DNA of 63,549 nucleotides, counting the filler, from Octopus bimaculoides (lineage: Eukaryota), in NCBI RefSeq assembly GCF_001194135.2. It is 11 parts of 9 records of this genome, joined end to end, with 100 filler letters (N's around TTAATTAATTAA, not from the genome) between each part and the next. Parts side by side here need not be neighbours in the genome. Positions count along the whole stretch, not along the records: positions 1 to 12,865 come from NC_068986.1; positions 12,966 to 26,058 come from NC_069010.1; 9 more parts are not named here. One strand, written 5' to 3'. The position numbers and the translations under genes were made by a program. The notes under the pieces are model-generated. The model was not told where the DNA came from. It saw nothing but the letters and a program-made list of their open reading frames with translations, and ran no database searches. Within the stretch, counting starts at the first letter, position 1. Every line of letters begins with the position of its first letter. Of the stretch, positions 12,688-23,435 are shown in pieces.

Positions 12688-12865
12688 CATTACTATTATT
12701 ATTATTATTGAGGTCAATGCTTAGAATCAAACTCTGAATCTTGGTGTTAGTATCCATCAAATTTAAATAATGTAAATGATATACATGATTCCTCATCTCT
12801 TAAATATAGAACAGGAAAATCACACTCTGAAGCAAGCATAGTAGAGTGCTTATATTTTCAGTATA

Positions 12866-12965
12866 NNNNNNNNNNNNNNNNNNNNNNNNNNNNNNNNNNN
12901 NNNNNNNNNTTAATTAATTAANNNNNNNNNNNNNNNNNNNNNNNNNNNNNNNNNNNNNNNNNNNN
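12866..12965. other. Artificial scaffold linker (44 N + TTAATTAATTAA + 44 N)
   Basis: The 12-mer has stops in all six frames. Identical linkers are centred at 12910, 26103, 28618, 34437, 38314, 44518, 48494, 51093, 58100 and 61415. Confidence 0.95.
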
Positions 12966-13018
<53 letters not shown>

Positions 13019-13312
13019 ATCAAAATTTAATTAAAACAAAGAATGAAGATCACAACACAACTGGCAACACTTAGAAAAATACAAAATAAATTATAAACAT
13101 TCAATATTTCAACGTAAATGAATTTTTACTAGCTATAACACGACTCCTAAATACTTTGCTGCCACAAACAAATAAACAGCAATACACCACTGTTAGCACT
13201 TCATTCAGAAGATGGCGACCTTACGGCACGAGTCCTAAATATCGGCCTTTTCCGTAAAAAGTGCAATAAAAACTTTGCTTCGCTGTGTGATCAATAATCA
13301 ATAATTAATTAC

Positions 13313-13379
13313 CTCATAAGCATGTTTCATTTGTTTTTTCTTCTCTGCTGACCAATCCTCTGGAATATTGTCTATACGC
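13313..13379 (-). CDS. DHX37: DHX37 exon 15 of the 15 seen: (R)RIDNIPEDWSAEKKKQMKHAYE
   Basis: Acceptor TTTATCAG, donor GTAATT; phase 2 to 0 is continuous with the previous exon; matches the ...KWRNAYK region of DHX37. Confidence 0.85.
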
Positions 13380-13702
13380 CTGATAAAGACATTAGAATAA
13401 TCAGTGTTAATATTACTGGTATTCATCATCATTTAATGTCCATTAGCATTCAAATTATTTTGTCAAAAGCAATATTTTCAATCAATCATTCCAAAATGAT
13501 TGTTAGTGATTAATAAACATTTCCATATCTTCCATCTTCCATCTCTTTCATTAATCAAATATATATATATATATATTGGCTTATGACTATAAAAGAGGAC
13601 ATTTGCCCAGGATACCATGTGGTGGGACTGACCCCAAAAACCTTTTGGTTGGCAAGTCACGCCTGCAACCAAATCTGAGAAATGGTACTAACAACACATT
13701 AC

Positions 13703-13823
13703 CTGGCAACATGGTCTGCCATTCCAGCCAGCAAGATCTGTCGCAGCAACTTGGCATGGGCGTCAGTCGGGGGTGACATCTTTGGATCAATACACAGCTG
13801 TAGACCAGGAACAGCAAGGTTGA
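13703..13823 (-). CDS. DHX37: DHX37 exon 14: VNLAVPGLQLCIDPKMSPPTDAHAKLLRQILLAGMADHVAR
   Basis: AG/GT sites; homologous to DHX37 VDPKMQPPT...LRQIVTAGLGDHLAR. Confidence 0.95.
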
Positions 13824-14355
13824 CTGGAAAAAGACAACCACAATTGAAAGTGAAAATGAAAGTAGGTTGAAAAAGATGAAACAAGTATTTGGAATGTTTT
13901 GGTTTGCAAAAATTCTCTGAGATGATAAAGATGATGACAAAGGAGGAATAAGTTTCCATCCATCTTCTCCATCAATTATCCTGGGAAGTCATGGAGGTAG
14001 AGTCCTCAGGCAACTTCTCCATAGGGTCCTTGAAGAATCCATCATGTGATTCTTTTCTAACCATGTCTGGAGAATTGGAGCTGTGACCTCTTGATGCAGA
14101 AAAGTAGTGGCTTGATCTGAAGAGAAACCCTTGGCCTAAGGCACCTCCTCCATAGTGTCCTGTCAGAAGTAACTGTCATTTCATTTTGAGGGTGGACTCC
14201 CAAGCATGACCAACGCAGACTATGGATTATTAACCAACCATCTCGTTCTTGGCCAACCCCTAGGTCTCCGGTCATTTGTAGGGGTAGAGTCCTCAATAAC
14301 AACAACACAAACAATATCTAACAGTACGTACATACATACACACACACTCACTCAC

Positions 14356-14512
14356 CTGTGTTGGTAAGCTGCAATCGCAATTTCCGAATCTCCTTCATGG
14401 CTTTCAGTCGAACACTAAACTTCTCGCAGAATACTTCAATGTTGCCATCAAATTCACAAGCCCCTATTGACTTCAGCAGCAACATAGGGTCTCCAAGCAT
14501 TTGTGAGTGACC
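14356..14512 (-). CDS. DHX37: DHX37 exon 13: GHSQMLGDPMLLLKSIGACEFDGNIEVFCEKFSVRLKAMKEIRKLRLQLTNT
   Basis: AG/GTGAG sites; HA2-region homology (GDLMVLLGAVGACE...KAMMEIRRLRGQLT). Confidence 0.95.
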
Positions 14513-14824
14513 CTACATAAAGAAAATCAAAGAATATTTCATAGAATAGCCATCACCATCATCATCAACAACATTTAGTGTCAATTTTCCATGCTGGCAT
14601 GTAGTGGTGTTAGCTGGTTTAACAGGAGCTGGCGTGCCAGAGGACTGGGCCGAGTTTTAATATTACTATTAATGTTATTACTAATGACAAAAATAACAAG
14701 AGCACTCAGAGAGCGCAAACCTCTGCCAAAGCAACACCAATGTCCTCTCAATACAACTGAAAACAATACCTCCGCCTTCGCTAAGGCGAAGGTAACAAAC
14801 AGACAGAGAGGGAGCAAGACTTAC

Positions 14825-14872
14825 CGTTCCTGACCAAAGTAATCTGGCATTGGCTGCAAAGTTTTGTTGCTT
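14825..14872 (-). CDS. DHX37: DHX37 exon 12: KQQNFAANARLLWSGT
   Basis: 48 nt, CACAG/GTAAG sites, phase 0-0; matches the ...MKRTWAG position. Confidence 0.85.
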
Positions 14873-15030
14873 CTGTGAAGAATCAGACTATATTGGGAAG
14901 AGAGAAAGAGAATATATCAATACACACATACTTACGTAACGGTAGAAGTTAATTAGTGTAACAGTTGAGTTGTCAATTTATAACGGTTTTAGTTTATTTT
15001 TTTATAACAGTTGAAATAAATTTGTAAACA

Positions 15031-15600
15031 GGCGCAGGAGTGGCTGTGTGGTAAGTAGCTTGCTTACCAACCACACAGTTCCGGGTTCAATCCTACTGCG
15101 TGGCACCTTGGGCAAGTGTCTTCTACTATAACCTCAGGCCGACCAAAGCCTTGTGAGTGGATTTAGTAGATGGAAACTGAAAGAAGCCCGTCGTATATAT
15201 ATATATATATATAGGTGCAGGAGTGGCTGTGTTGTAAGTAGCTTGCTTACGAACCACATAGTTCTGGGTTCAGTCCCACTGCATGGCACCTTGGACAAGT
15301 GTCTTCTACAATAGCCTCGGGCCGACCAAAGCCTTGTGAGTGGATTTGGTAGACGGAAACTGAAAGAAGCCTGTCGTATATATGCATATATATATGTATG
15401 TATGTGTGTTTGTGTTTGTCCCCCCAACATCGCTTGACAACCGATGCTGGTGTGTTTACGTCCCCGTAGCTTAGCGGTCCGGCAAAAAGAGACCGATAGA
15501 ATAAGTACTAGGCTTACAAAGAATAAGTCCTGGGGGTTCGATTTTCTCGACTAAAAAGGCGGTGCTCCAGCATGGCCGCAGTCAAATGACTGAAACAAGT
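15031..15600 (+). mobile_element. Two tandem family-2 SINEs (15031-15210 5' half; 15214-15600 full length)
   Basis: Heads GGCGCAGGAGTGGCTGTGTGGTAAG (A-box-like), GGGTTCAATCC/GGGTTCAGTCC (B-box-like), CORE-like CCTTGGGCAAGTGTCTT, tail GACTGAAACAAGTAA. Confidence 0.9.
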
Positions 15601-15666
15601 AACATGTTTCTAACAACAACAATAATAACAATAATAATAATAGCAATAGCAGCAGCTCTGACTTAC

Positions 15667-15848
15667 AGCGTCTTTTACAGTCTTAGGAACTGGTAAGAAC
15701 AATTCTTGCACTGTCAGACCAGACACCATTGCTATGACGTATGGCATCAAGTGATGCTGCTGAGCCAACACCAGCATCTTTGCATAGCGTGGAGAAATTG
15801 GTAATTTTGCCATACTCTTGCCAATGCTGGTCAGTTCTCCAGGAGGTA
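15667..15848 (-). CDS. DHX37: DHX37 exon 11: LPPGELTSIGKSMAKLPISPRYAKMLVLAQQHHLMPYVIAMVSGLTVQELFLPVPKTVKDA
   Basis: HA2 signature (IT.LG..MA.FP..PRYAKML); AG/GTAAG sites. Confidence 0.97.
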
Positions 15849-16839
15849 CTGAAAACAAAGAAGAAATCATCATCATCAGTTCATATGTGTATGTGTATTT
15901 ATATATATATGTATGTGTGTGTGTGTGTGTGTGTGATATACATGCATGTATGGGTACAGGACGTCACCAACGGTGCAAATCACATGAAATATGTAAATCA
16001 GTTAAATACATAAACGAGAAAAAAAATGGAAAACAGTCCCACTGCGTGGCATCTTGGGCAAGTGTCTACTACTGTATCCTCAGGCTGACCAAAGCCTTGT
16101 CAGTGGATTTGGTAGACGGAAACTGAAAGAAGCCTGTCGTATATATGTATATATATANNNNNNNNNNNNNNNNNNNNNNNNNNNNNNNNNNNNNNNNNNN
16201 NNNNNNNNNNNNNNNNNNNNNNNNNNNNNNNNNNNNNNNNNNNNNNNNNNNNNNNNNNNNNNNNNNNNNNNNNNNNNNNNNNNNNNNNNNNNNNNNNNNN
16301 NNNNNNNNNNNNNNNNNNNNNNNNNNNNNNNNNNNNNNNNNNNNNNNNNNNNNNNNNNNNNNNNNNNNNNNNNNNNNNNNNNNNNNNNNNNNNNNNNNNN
16401 NNNNNNNNNNNNNNNNNNNNNNNNNNNNNNNNNNNNNNNNNNNNNNNNNNNNNNNNNNNNNNNNNNNNNNNNNNNNNNNNNNNNNNNNNNNNNNNNNNNN
16501 NNNNNNNNNNNNNNNNNNNNNNNNNNNNNNNNNNNNNNNNNNNNNNNNNNNNNNNNNNNNNNNNNNNNNNNNNNNNNNNNNNNNNNNNNNNNNNNNNNNN
16601 NNNNNNNNNNNNNNNNNNNNNNNNNNNNNNNNNNNNNNNNNNNNNNNNNNNNNNNNNNNNNNNNNNNNNNNNNNNNNNNNNNNNNNNNNNNNNNNNNNNN
16701 NNNNNNNNNNNNNNNGTCAAATGACTGAAACAAGTAAAAGAGTAACTAACAAATGAAGATGACTGCTATGATCTGCCTCCACACTAAATGCCCTCACTTC
16801 AGACAAAAGAAATGGCTTTAAAAATCTTTGTTTGCTTAC

Positions 16840-16918
16840 ATTTTTTCATTTCTTTAAATGTTTTTGGTGTTTTGGGTTTTGTCAATGCACCAAGAGTGGT
16901 CAACAGCTTTTCAGCTGC
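16840..16918 (-). CDS. DHX37: DHX37 exon 10: AAEKLLTTLGALTKPKTPKTFKEMKK
   Basis: TTTGTAG/GTAAG sites; matches AAEELLIALGAL. Confidence 0.93.
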
Positions 16919-16953
16919 CTACAAAAGAAAGAAATAATGATATTATTATTATT

Positions 16954-17187
16954 AAGATAGTGCTCATGGGAACTGCCCATATCCTACGTAAAATACTGTC
17001 TATGTGATCTCAAATTTTAAAACAAACACATAATTTTCTCATGTTTTCTTAAACATTTTCTAGAACAACACTATGTACAAATCCAAATATATGGCACCCT
17101 AAGCATGACACCAACATGAACTTCTAACTTGTCTCTGGGTGAGACTTGGAGCCAACTTGTATAAATGCAAAGCAAAAGTCAAACATA
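16954..17187 (+). mobile_element. Dong/R4-like 3' end, subfamily B (intronic)
   Basis: Near-identical to 51804-52016 (KIVLMGTAHILRKILSM* plus UTR); preceded by TAT repeats. Confidence 0.8.
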
Positions 17188-17447
17188 GGTAAGTTCCTAT
17201 TACAGCATACTATTTAATTATAAGAAGATGTAATTTTTTTTTTTGCATTTTTATAATATTTCATAATTAAACTTTAAATAATTAGCACTCATGTTATTTA
17301 AATATCCTCAAAACCATGACAAAAACAAGGAATAAAATATTTAATCAAATTATGAAAACGTACCACCAGTAATGAATATGGAAATTGTGTGAAGTTTGTG
17401 ATGAACCACTGGTGATACATGTGGCGATTAACCTGTTAAAAGGTTAA

Positions 17448-17666
17448 CCCTTTCGATATCAACCTGGCTGAAACTGGCTCTGGCACTGTAGTACAAATGT
17501 CTTGTTTTCATAAGTTTTGAATTAAAATCTTCCACCAAACCTTAGTCACAATTTATGTTCCTAACACTAGCTTAATGATAACTAAGTTATTTTACTAAAT
17601 TCTTTGTTATTAAAATTAATTGAAAGAGACACAGGGCATCTTAAAATAAATATGGTAACGGAAGGG
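17448..17666. mobile_element. piggyBac-type MITE
   Basis: TTAA|CCCTTTCGATATC ... GGTAACGGAAGGG|TTGA. Imperfect TIRs with CCC/GGG ends and a TTAA-like TSD. Confidence 0.7.
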
Positions 17667-17703
17667 TTGAAGTTCAAAGGTCAGAGCATAAAGGTCAACT
17701 TAC

Positions 17704-17769
17704 AATGATCTGTTTCTTATCTGGAGCCGTGGGATATGGGAAGTTTAACACCTTGTCAATCCCCAAAAA
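17704..17769 (-). CDS. DHX37: DHX37 exon 9: FLGIDKVLNFPYPTAPDKKQII
   Basis: TTTTCAG/GTAAG sites; matches the conserved NFPFPTPP. Confidence 0.95.
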
Positions 17770-18026
17770 CTGAAAAGAAAAAAGCAGACAAATATTGGTT
17801 TGAAATTTCAGTACAAGGCCACCAATTTGGCAGAAGTGGATAAGTCAATTACATTGACCCCAGTGCATAACTGGTACTTATTTTATCGACCTTAAAAGGA
17901 CAAAGGCAGTTTCAATTCCTGGACCGGGCGATGCGTTGTGTTCTTGAGCAAAACACTGAATTTCATGATGGTCACAACTACACCATACTGCCCCCCCCCC
18001 CACACACACACTGTAGATGGTCTTAC

Positions 18027-18123
18027 CCTCATTTGTAAGATGATGTCCTCAAGTGGTCGACGAAGAATTTCAGGCTCTGAATAATCAATAAAGTCATCGT
18101 TGTAGACAGCAGAGGAATATAAT
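18027..18123 (-). CDS. DHX37: DHX37 exon 8: LYSSAVYNDDFIDYSEPEILRRPLEDIILQMR
   Basis: AG/GTAAG sites; conserved LYSSAV...PEI.RRP.ED..LQM. Confidence 0.97.
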
Positions 18124-18637
18124 CTGGAATGGAAGATGGAAAAGAATGAAAGCTCAAGGTAGGAAGTTATGTCCCCAGGTAATTTCAAGAATAACGTTAC
18201 TAATTCTAAACTTGTAGATAGATACATAGATAGATAGACAGATAGATAGTGTTGTCAGCATAGTAACTAACACATTTTGATTAAAAATGTGGGATATTTA
18301 AGTGCAAGTCTGTCAACACAACAACACAGACTTCAATAATAGACTACATGTCTATCATCATCATCATCATCATCATTTTGACATCCGTTGGTACTGATTC
18401 CATTTGGGAATCCTCCATGCCAGATTCATTGGAGGTCTTGTCTAGGTGCTCTACTAGTTGTTTCAATTCTTTTTTGTGAGCCCGCCAGTCCAACAACATC
18501 ATCTGAAAAGTGCAGTAATCATACCATTGTGGTCTTCCAGTGCATCAGTCATAATCTTCTCAGGGAAGATGTTGAACAAGGTCAGCAAGAGACTTTCGCT
18601 TAGGGTTAAATGGAAAAAAAAACAAAAACTGACTAAC

Positions 18638-18762
18638 CTGTAACAATGACCAGGGCCAACACGCCCTGCCCGCCCTGCTCGTTGACTTGCGGAAGCCTTC
18701 GATGTCCAGGTCACCTTGAATATTGAAGCTCCCGTTACTTTGTCACAATACTTTGTCTTTAC
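18638..18762 (-). CDS. DHX37: DHX37 exon 7: [42 protein letters not shown] (motif VI)
   Basis: DEAH motif [10 protein letters not shown]; AG/GTTAG sites. Confidence 0.98.
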
Positions 18763-19009
18763 CTGTAATAGAAAGTGTATACATTTTTACCTGTTTCAGT
18801 TATTTGACCGTGGCCATGCTAGGGCACAGCTTTGAAGGGTTTTAGTCGAACAAATCGACCCTAGGTCATGTTAGTCATTGTAAGCCTGGTACTTACGCTA
18901 TCAGTTGCTTTTGCCAAACTGCTAAGTTGTGTGGATGTAAACACACCAACAGCAGTGGTGGGGGACAAACACACATACATTATCCTCATCATCATCATCA
19001 TTTAACATA

Positions 19010-19158
19010 CACCATTTTGAGCGTGGCCGTTGCCAGTACTGCCTGACTGGCCTTCGTGCCGGTGGTACGTAAAAGCACATACTACACTCTCAGAGTGGTT
19101 GGCGTTAGGAAGGGCATCCAGCTGTAGAAACACTGCCAGGTCAGATTGGAGCCTGGTG
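19010..19158 (+). mobile_element. SINE family 3 fragment (V-SINE-like core GGCGTTAGGAAGGGCATCCAGCTGTAG)
   Basis: Shared with the copies at 26478, 27175 and 34495. Confidence 0.75.
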
Positions 19159-19206
19159 CTAAAATGTCAATAACGAAACAGTGAAAGTAAATGAATTTGG
19201 CCTTAC

Positions 19207-19314
19207 CTTGCCAGAATCAACAACATATTTGATGTCAGGGATGGTGATGGAGGTCTCTGCTACGTTGGTGGATACAACACAAAGACGACAGTTCTTTGGG
19301 GGAGGCTGGAATAC
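19207..19314 (-). CDS. DHX37: DHX37 exon 6: VFQPPPKNCRLCVVSTNVAETSITIPDIKYVVDSGK (motif V)
   Basis: DEAH motif V TNVAETSITI; AG/GTAAG sites. Confidence 0.98.
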
Positions 19315-19658
19315 CTGGAAAATAACGGTAGATTGAGAGAATATTAGAGGAGAGTTGGCTGGATGCAGAAACTGAAGGACACATTTCACAGGGGATAACA
19401 TTAACCGGTCCGTGAACATATTCTTCCATTGTTTTGTTCTTGTTACGGTCATTAGACTGTGGCCATGCTGGAGCAGAGGGTTTGTAGCATTTTAGTTGAA
19501 TGAATCAACCTGAAGATAGCGCTTTGACCGTTCCATTTCAGATGATTGTAAATATATATATATATATATATATGGGCATAACTATACAAGAATGCCTCAC
19601 GTTAACTGCCGTAATAAACACATTTTTACCGAATGCGAGGAAATGCAGCCTTCAAAGA

Positions 19659-19709
<51 letters not shown>

Positions 19710-20015
19710 NNNNNNNNNNNNNNNNNNNNNNNNNNNNNNNNNNNNNNNNNNNNNNNNNNNNNNNNNNNNNNNNNNNNNNNNNNNNNNNNNNNNNNNNNNN
19801 NNNNNNNNNNNNNNNNNNNNNNNNNNNNNNNNNNNNNNNNNNNNNNNNNNNNNNNNNNNNNNNNNNNNNNNNNNNNNNNNNNNNNNNNNNNNNNNNNNNN
19901 NNNNNNNNNNNNNNNNNNNNNNNNNNNNNNNNNNNNNNNNNNTGAGTGGTTGATGTAAAAACCATGCCAAAACAGTTGCAGACGTCTGGTGCAGGCTTCT
20001 GCCCGGCCAGATCAG

Positions 20016-20138
20016 GCTTCTTTCAGTTTCCATCTAGCAAATCCACTCACAAGGCTTTGGTTGGCCCGAGGCTATTGTAGAATGAACCCGGAACCATGTG
20101 GTTGGCAAGCAAGCTACTTACCATACAGCCATTCCTGC
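20016..20138 (-). mobile_element. Family-2 SINE 5' half with an internal deletion
   Basis: Reverse complement of the 15214 head. Confidence 0.8.
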
Positions 20139-20255
20139 TGTATATATATATATATATATATATACACATACATACACACATATACTTATACACCCATACA
20201 TTGGTGATAGAGATGAGGTTGGTGATGATGATGAGGATGAAGGGGATTTACTTAC

Positions 20256-20336
20256 GCGTGCCTGCTTGTGTCCAGGTAAAAGGGAATACATTGGTAGCAC
20301 ATACAGGGGCTCAACAGCAACGGAACCAAGATCTGG
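20256..20336 (-). CDS. DHX37: DHX37 exon 5: PDLGSVAVEPLYVLPMYSLLPGHKQAR
   Basis: Matches PLHVLPLYSLL...KQAQ; CTCCAG/GTAAG sites; phase 0-0. Confidence 0.96.
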
Positions 20337-20339
20337 CTG

Positions 20340-20770
20340 GAGAAGAGAAGAGAAAAAATGTAAGGAATATGAGGAGGTTGCTGCAGAGGGTTGGGCTGAG
20401 GAGACTAAATGATGTGGAGAGTGAGGGGAAGGTGGAGTAGGTAAACGAGGAAGGGTGAAGGAGGATAGAAAGGATGAGACGGAAGGCGGAGGGGGGAGGA
20501 AGAAGGAAAAAGCAAGAACGGGAGTAGAAGGGAGAGGTGGGAGAGGATGAAGAAGAGAAGGAAAAGCAAGAAAATGTGGAGGAACGAGAGGATGCGGAGG
20601 AGGAAGGGGAAGACGAGGAGGCTGAAGGAGTAGACATGAAGGAGGAAGGAGAAGATGTGAAGGTGGAAGGGGAGGACGTGGAGAAGGAAGTAGAGGATGC
20701 AGAGGAGGAAGGGAAAGACAACGAGGATGGAGGAAGAGGAGAAGACAGAAACAAGGAAAGAAGGAGAATG
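20340..20770. repeat. Intronic polypurine (GAG/GAA) low-complexity tract
   Basis: Overwhelmingly A/G on the plus strand; abuts the exon 5 acceptor. Confidence 0.9.
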
Positions 20771-21165
20771 GAGTTGCATACTGGGGTCGAGCTAATCGAC
20801 TGCCCCCCCCCCGCTTCCCCAAAACTTCAGGCCTTGTGCCTAGAGTAGAAAAGATTATTTCTGCTCTATATAAGGTGGCAGAGTTGTTAGCACTTTGGGA
20901 AAATGCTAGGCAATATTTTGTTCTGAGTTCAAATCCTGCCACNNNNNNNNNNNNNNNNNNNNNNNNNNNNNNNNNNNNNNNNNNNNNNNNNNNNNNNNNN
21001 NNNNNNNNNNNNNNNNNNNNNNNNNNNNNNNNNNNNNNNNNNNNNNNNNNNNNNNNNNNNNNNNNNNNNNNNNNNNNNNNNNNNNNNNNNNNNNNNNNNN
21101 NNNNNNNNNNNNNNNNNNNNNNNNNNNNNNNNNNNNNNNNNNNNNNNNNNNNNNNNNNNNNNNNN

Positions 21166-21482
21166 GCATCTTGGGCAAGTGTCTTCTACTATAGCCTCGG
21201 GCCGACCAAAGCCTTGTGAGTGGATTTGGTAGACAGAAACTGAAAGAAGCCCGTCGTATATATATGTGTGTGTGTGTGCTTGTGTGTCTGTGTTTGTCCC
21301 CCTAGCATTGCTTGACAACCAATGCTGGTGTGTTTATGTCCCCGTCACTTAGCGGTTCGGCAAAAGAGATCGATAGAATAAGTACCAGGCTTACAAAGAA
21401 TAAGTCCCGGGGTTGATTTGCTCGACTAAAGGCGGTGCTCCAGCATGGCCGCAGTCAAATGACTCAAACAAGTAAAAGAGTA
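21166..21482 (+). mobile_element. Family-2 SINE (head in gap), well preserved
   Basis: CORE-like block, internal TA/TG microsatellite, tail GACTCAAACAAGTAAAAGAG. Confidence 0.9.
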
Positions 21483-21568
21483 AATGTTGGCCCAGTACCC
21501 CCTAATCCTTCAGCCACATGACATCTTCATGAAGGTGAAAACAAAACAAAATAAAATACACAAGGTAC

Positions 21569-21692
21569 CTCAGTTGAGATATCAGCCATCACATCATCAT
21601 CATCAACTTCTGCAAAGCCATCAGAGAGATCGACATCCCCTTCATTATCTTCCACTAATCCGACCTCTTTCTTCTCCGGATAAATGGAATAA
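21569..21692 (-). CDS. DHX37: DHX37 exon 4: YSIYPEKKEVGLVEDNEGDVDLSDGFAEVDDDDVMADISTE (acidic RecA2 insertion)
   Basis: TTTAG/GTACC sites; phase 2 to 0 is continuous; equivalent to LDHYSVLP plus the acidic stretch. Confidence 0.9.
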
Positions 21693-22029
21693 CTAAACAA
21701 AGAAAGCAGAAAAATAAAAGATTACTTACACAAGTCGGGAAGGGAGATAACAATAAGGCAAAAAGATACATACAAGTTGGCAAGGGAGGTAACAAGATAG
21801 GAGTTCAAATAATTGAAACCTAAATTTCTAAATGTTTTCTTAAAGCTTAGTGATCACTCTTCCCAACTATTCCCTCACACTCGTATTTAATGTGAGTTAG
21901 CTAGATACCTGCTCTAGTCCCTCTATCATACTTTAACCTCTCATCACTTGTCATAAAGCTACATTCTGCTGTATTACAACCCCACTCAAGTGTGTTGTCC
22001 TATACAGGACAGTGCTACTGACATTTATA

Positions 22030-22183
22030 GCCCCAGGAAGTGGTACTTAATTTATCGACAACCCTGAAAGGATAAAAAGCAAAGTTGACCTCAGCAGAAT
22101 TTGAACTCGGAACGTAGCAGCAGACGAAGTACCACTAAGCATTTCGTCCAGCATGCTAATGTTTCTGCCAGCTCACCGCCTTA
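22030..22183 (-). mobile_element. Family-1 SINE
   Basis: Head and central domain shared with the copy at 305-528. Confidence 0.85.
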
Positions 22184-22293
22184 CCATGATCAATATAATG
22201 AAGTTAACAGTGACTAAAGTAGTTGGAATTAGAGCAAAAGACAACCAACAAGTGACAAACCTGCAGGAAATAAAGAAACTCTTAACAACTCAC

Positions 22294-22378
22294 TTGTTTA
22301 AACTAATGTCTGGAAGTTTCTCATTCTTTGTGTTCTTCGGTTTTTTTCGTTGAAGGAATTTTGGTTTCAAAGGCTTTT
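22294..22378 (-). CDS. DHX37: DHX37 exon 3: EKPLKPKFLQRKKPKNTKNEKLPDISLNN
   Basis: 85 nt, AG/GTGAG sites; phase 1 to 2 bridges its neighbours exactly; LPDISLN corresponds to LPQINLD. Confidence 0.88.
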
Positions 22379-22552
22379 CTAATTAAAAAAAAAACAAGAA
22401 AAACATAATGCAATAAAATAAAGTATAAGCAAATTTAAAGCAACAAATGGATGGTTGAATCAGTAGAGCATCAGACAAAACTCAATGTGGTATTTGGTTA
22501 GGTCTCTTTTAGGATTGGATACTATACAGGACCCTGTTCTGAAAGATCTTAC

Positions 22553-22676
22553 CTGTTTTACCAGAATTGTAGGGAAAACGGTGCTTCAAATAATGGCAGA
22601 GAGTTCGTACTTCCTGTTGACTGGTGACAAATATTAAAATGCCTCCTTCTGGCAGTTCAAGATGAATTTTACAAGC
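22553..22676 (-). CDS. DHX37: DHX37 exon 2: ACKIHLELPEGGILIFVTSQQEVRTLCHYLKHRFPYNSGKT (motif IV)
   Basis: DHX37-type CKIH..LP.GGIL.F.T.Q.EV; TTCAAG/GTAAG sites. Confidence 0.97.
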
Positions 22677-22800
22677 CTTGAAAATAGAAATTAAAGAAAA
22701 ATTCAAATTATGATGAAAGATTAGGAAATAATTTATTTATTCTAAAACACCGAATAATGCTAATAGAATAGCAGGAACAGGATAAACTATCCATATTTTG

Positions 22801-23435
22801 GGATCTTTTTTAAAACGGGGGCCACATTTTTCATTAATGTTTTACGTAGTGTTTTTGGTACCGAAAGACTTTCAAACTTCGTATACTTATCTATTTTGTG
22901 TTATAGAACAGAAAAATATTTTTGTATTCGAATTTATTTCATGTAAAAAATTGTCTTATTTCGATAATTTCAACCAATCACTGACAAGTATTCAGTTGTT
23001 TACATTTACTCCTTTGGCTGATTAAGCCATAGCTTCGTTTTATTTGCTTTTTTCATTTTAAATTTGCTTTTTTCATTTTCTTTTTTTTTTTCTTTGTTTT
23101 ATTTGCTTTTTTCTTTTTAAATTTGCTGTTTTACCCTAACCCTAACCCTATCACCGNNNNNNNNNNNNNNNNNNNNNNNNNNNNNNNNNNNNAGAATTGT
23201 TTCAGAATCGTTTGTTTATGTAGTCGGCACTTAATGTATATCGGCTGAATGGACGTCAGTGATTGGTTGAAATTACAGAAATACGACAACTTTAACATGG
23301 AATAACTTAAGGATTTCTTTTTTTTTAAAGAAGACTAAGAGAAAAAGATGTTTTATATGACACATTCTACCAGTGTTCCAAGTTTCAAAGTGTTTCGTTA
23401 ATGAAAAATGTGGGCCCCCGTTTTAAAAAAGATCC
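22801..23435. mobile_element. Complete MITE with long TIRs and 8-bp TSD (Merlin- or hAT-type), containing (CCCTAA)n
   Basis: GGATCTTTTTTAAAACGGGGGCC(C)ACATTTTTCATTAA at both ends. TSD ATATTTTG at 22793-22800 and 23436-23443. Subterminal inverted block TTTCAACCAATCACTGAC in both arms. Confidence 0.9.

Noticed and set aside
13205-13230. AAGATGGCG YY1-like motif and ATG near the scaffold end
   Set aside because: The ORF is only 8 codons and there is no other promoter evidence.
20537-20848. 103-aa Glu-rich ORF (and the 274-aa Pro/Leu/Ser ORF opposite)
   Set aside because: It is a translation of the intronic polypurine tract; only 20256-20336 is a real exon.
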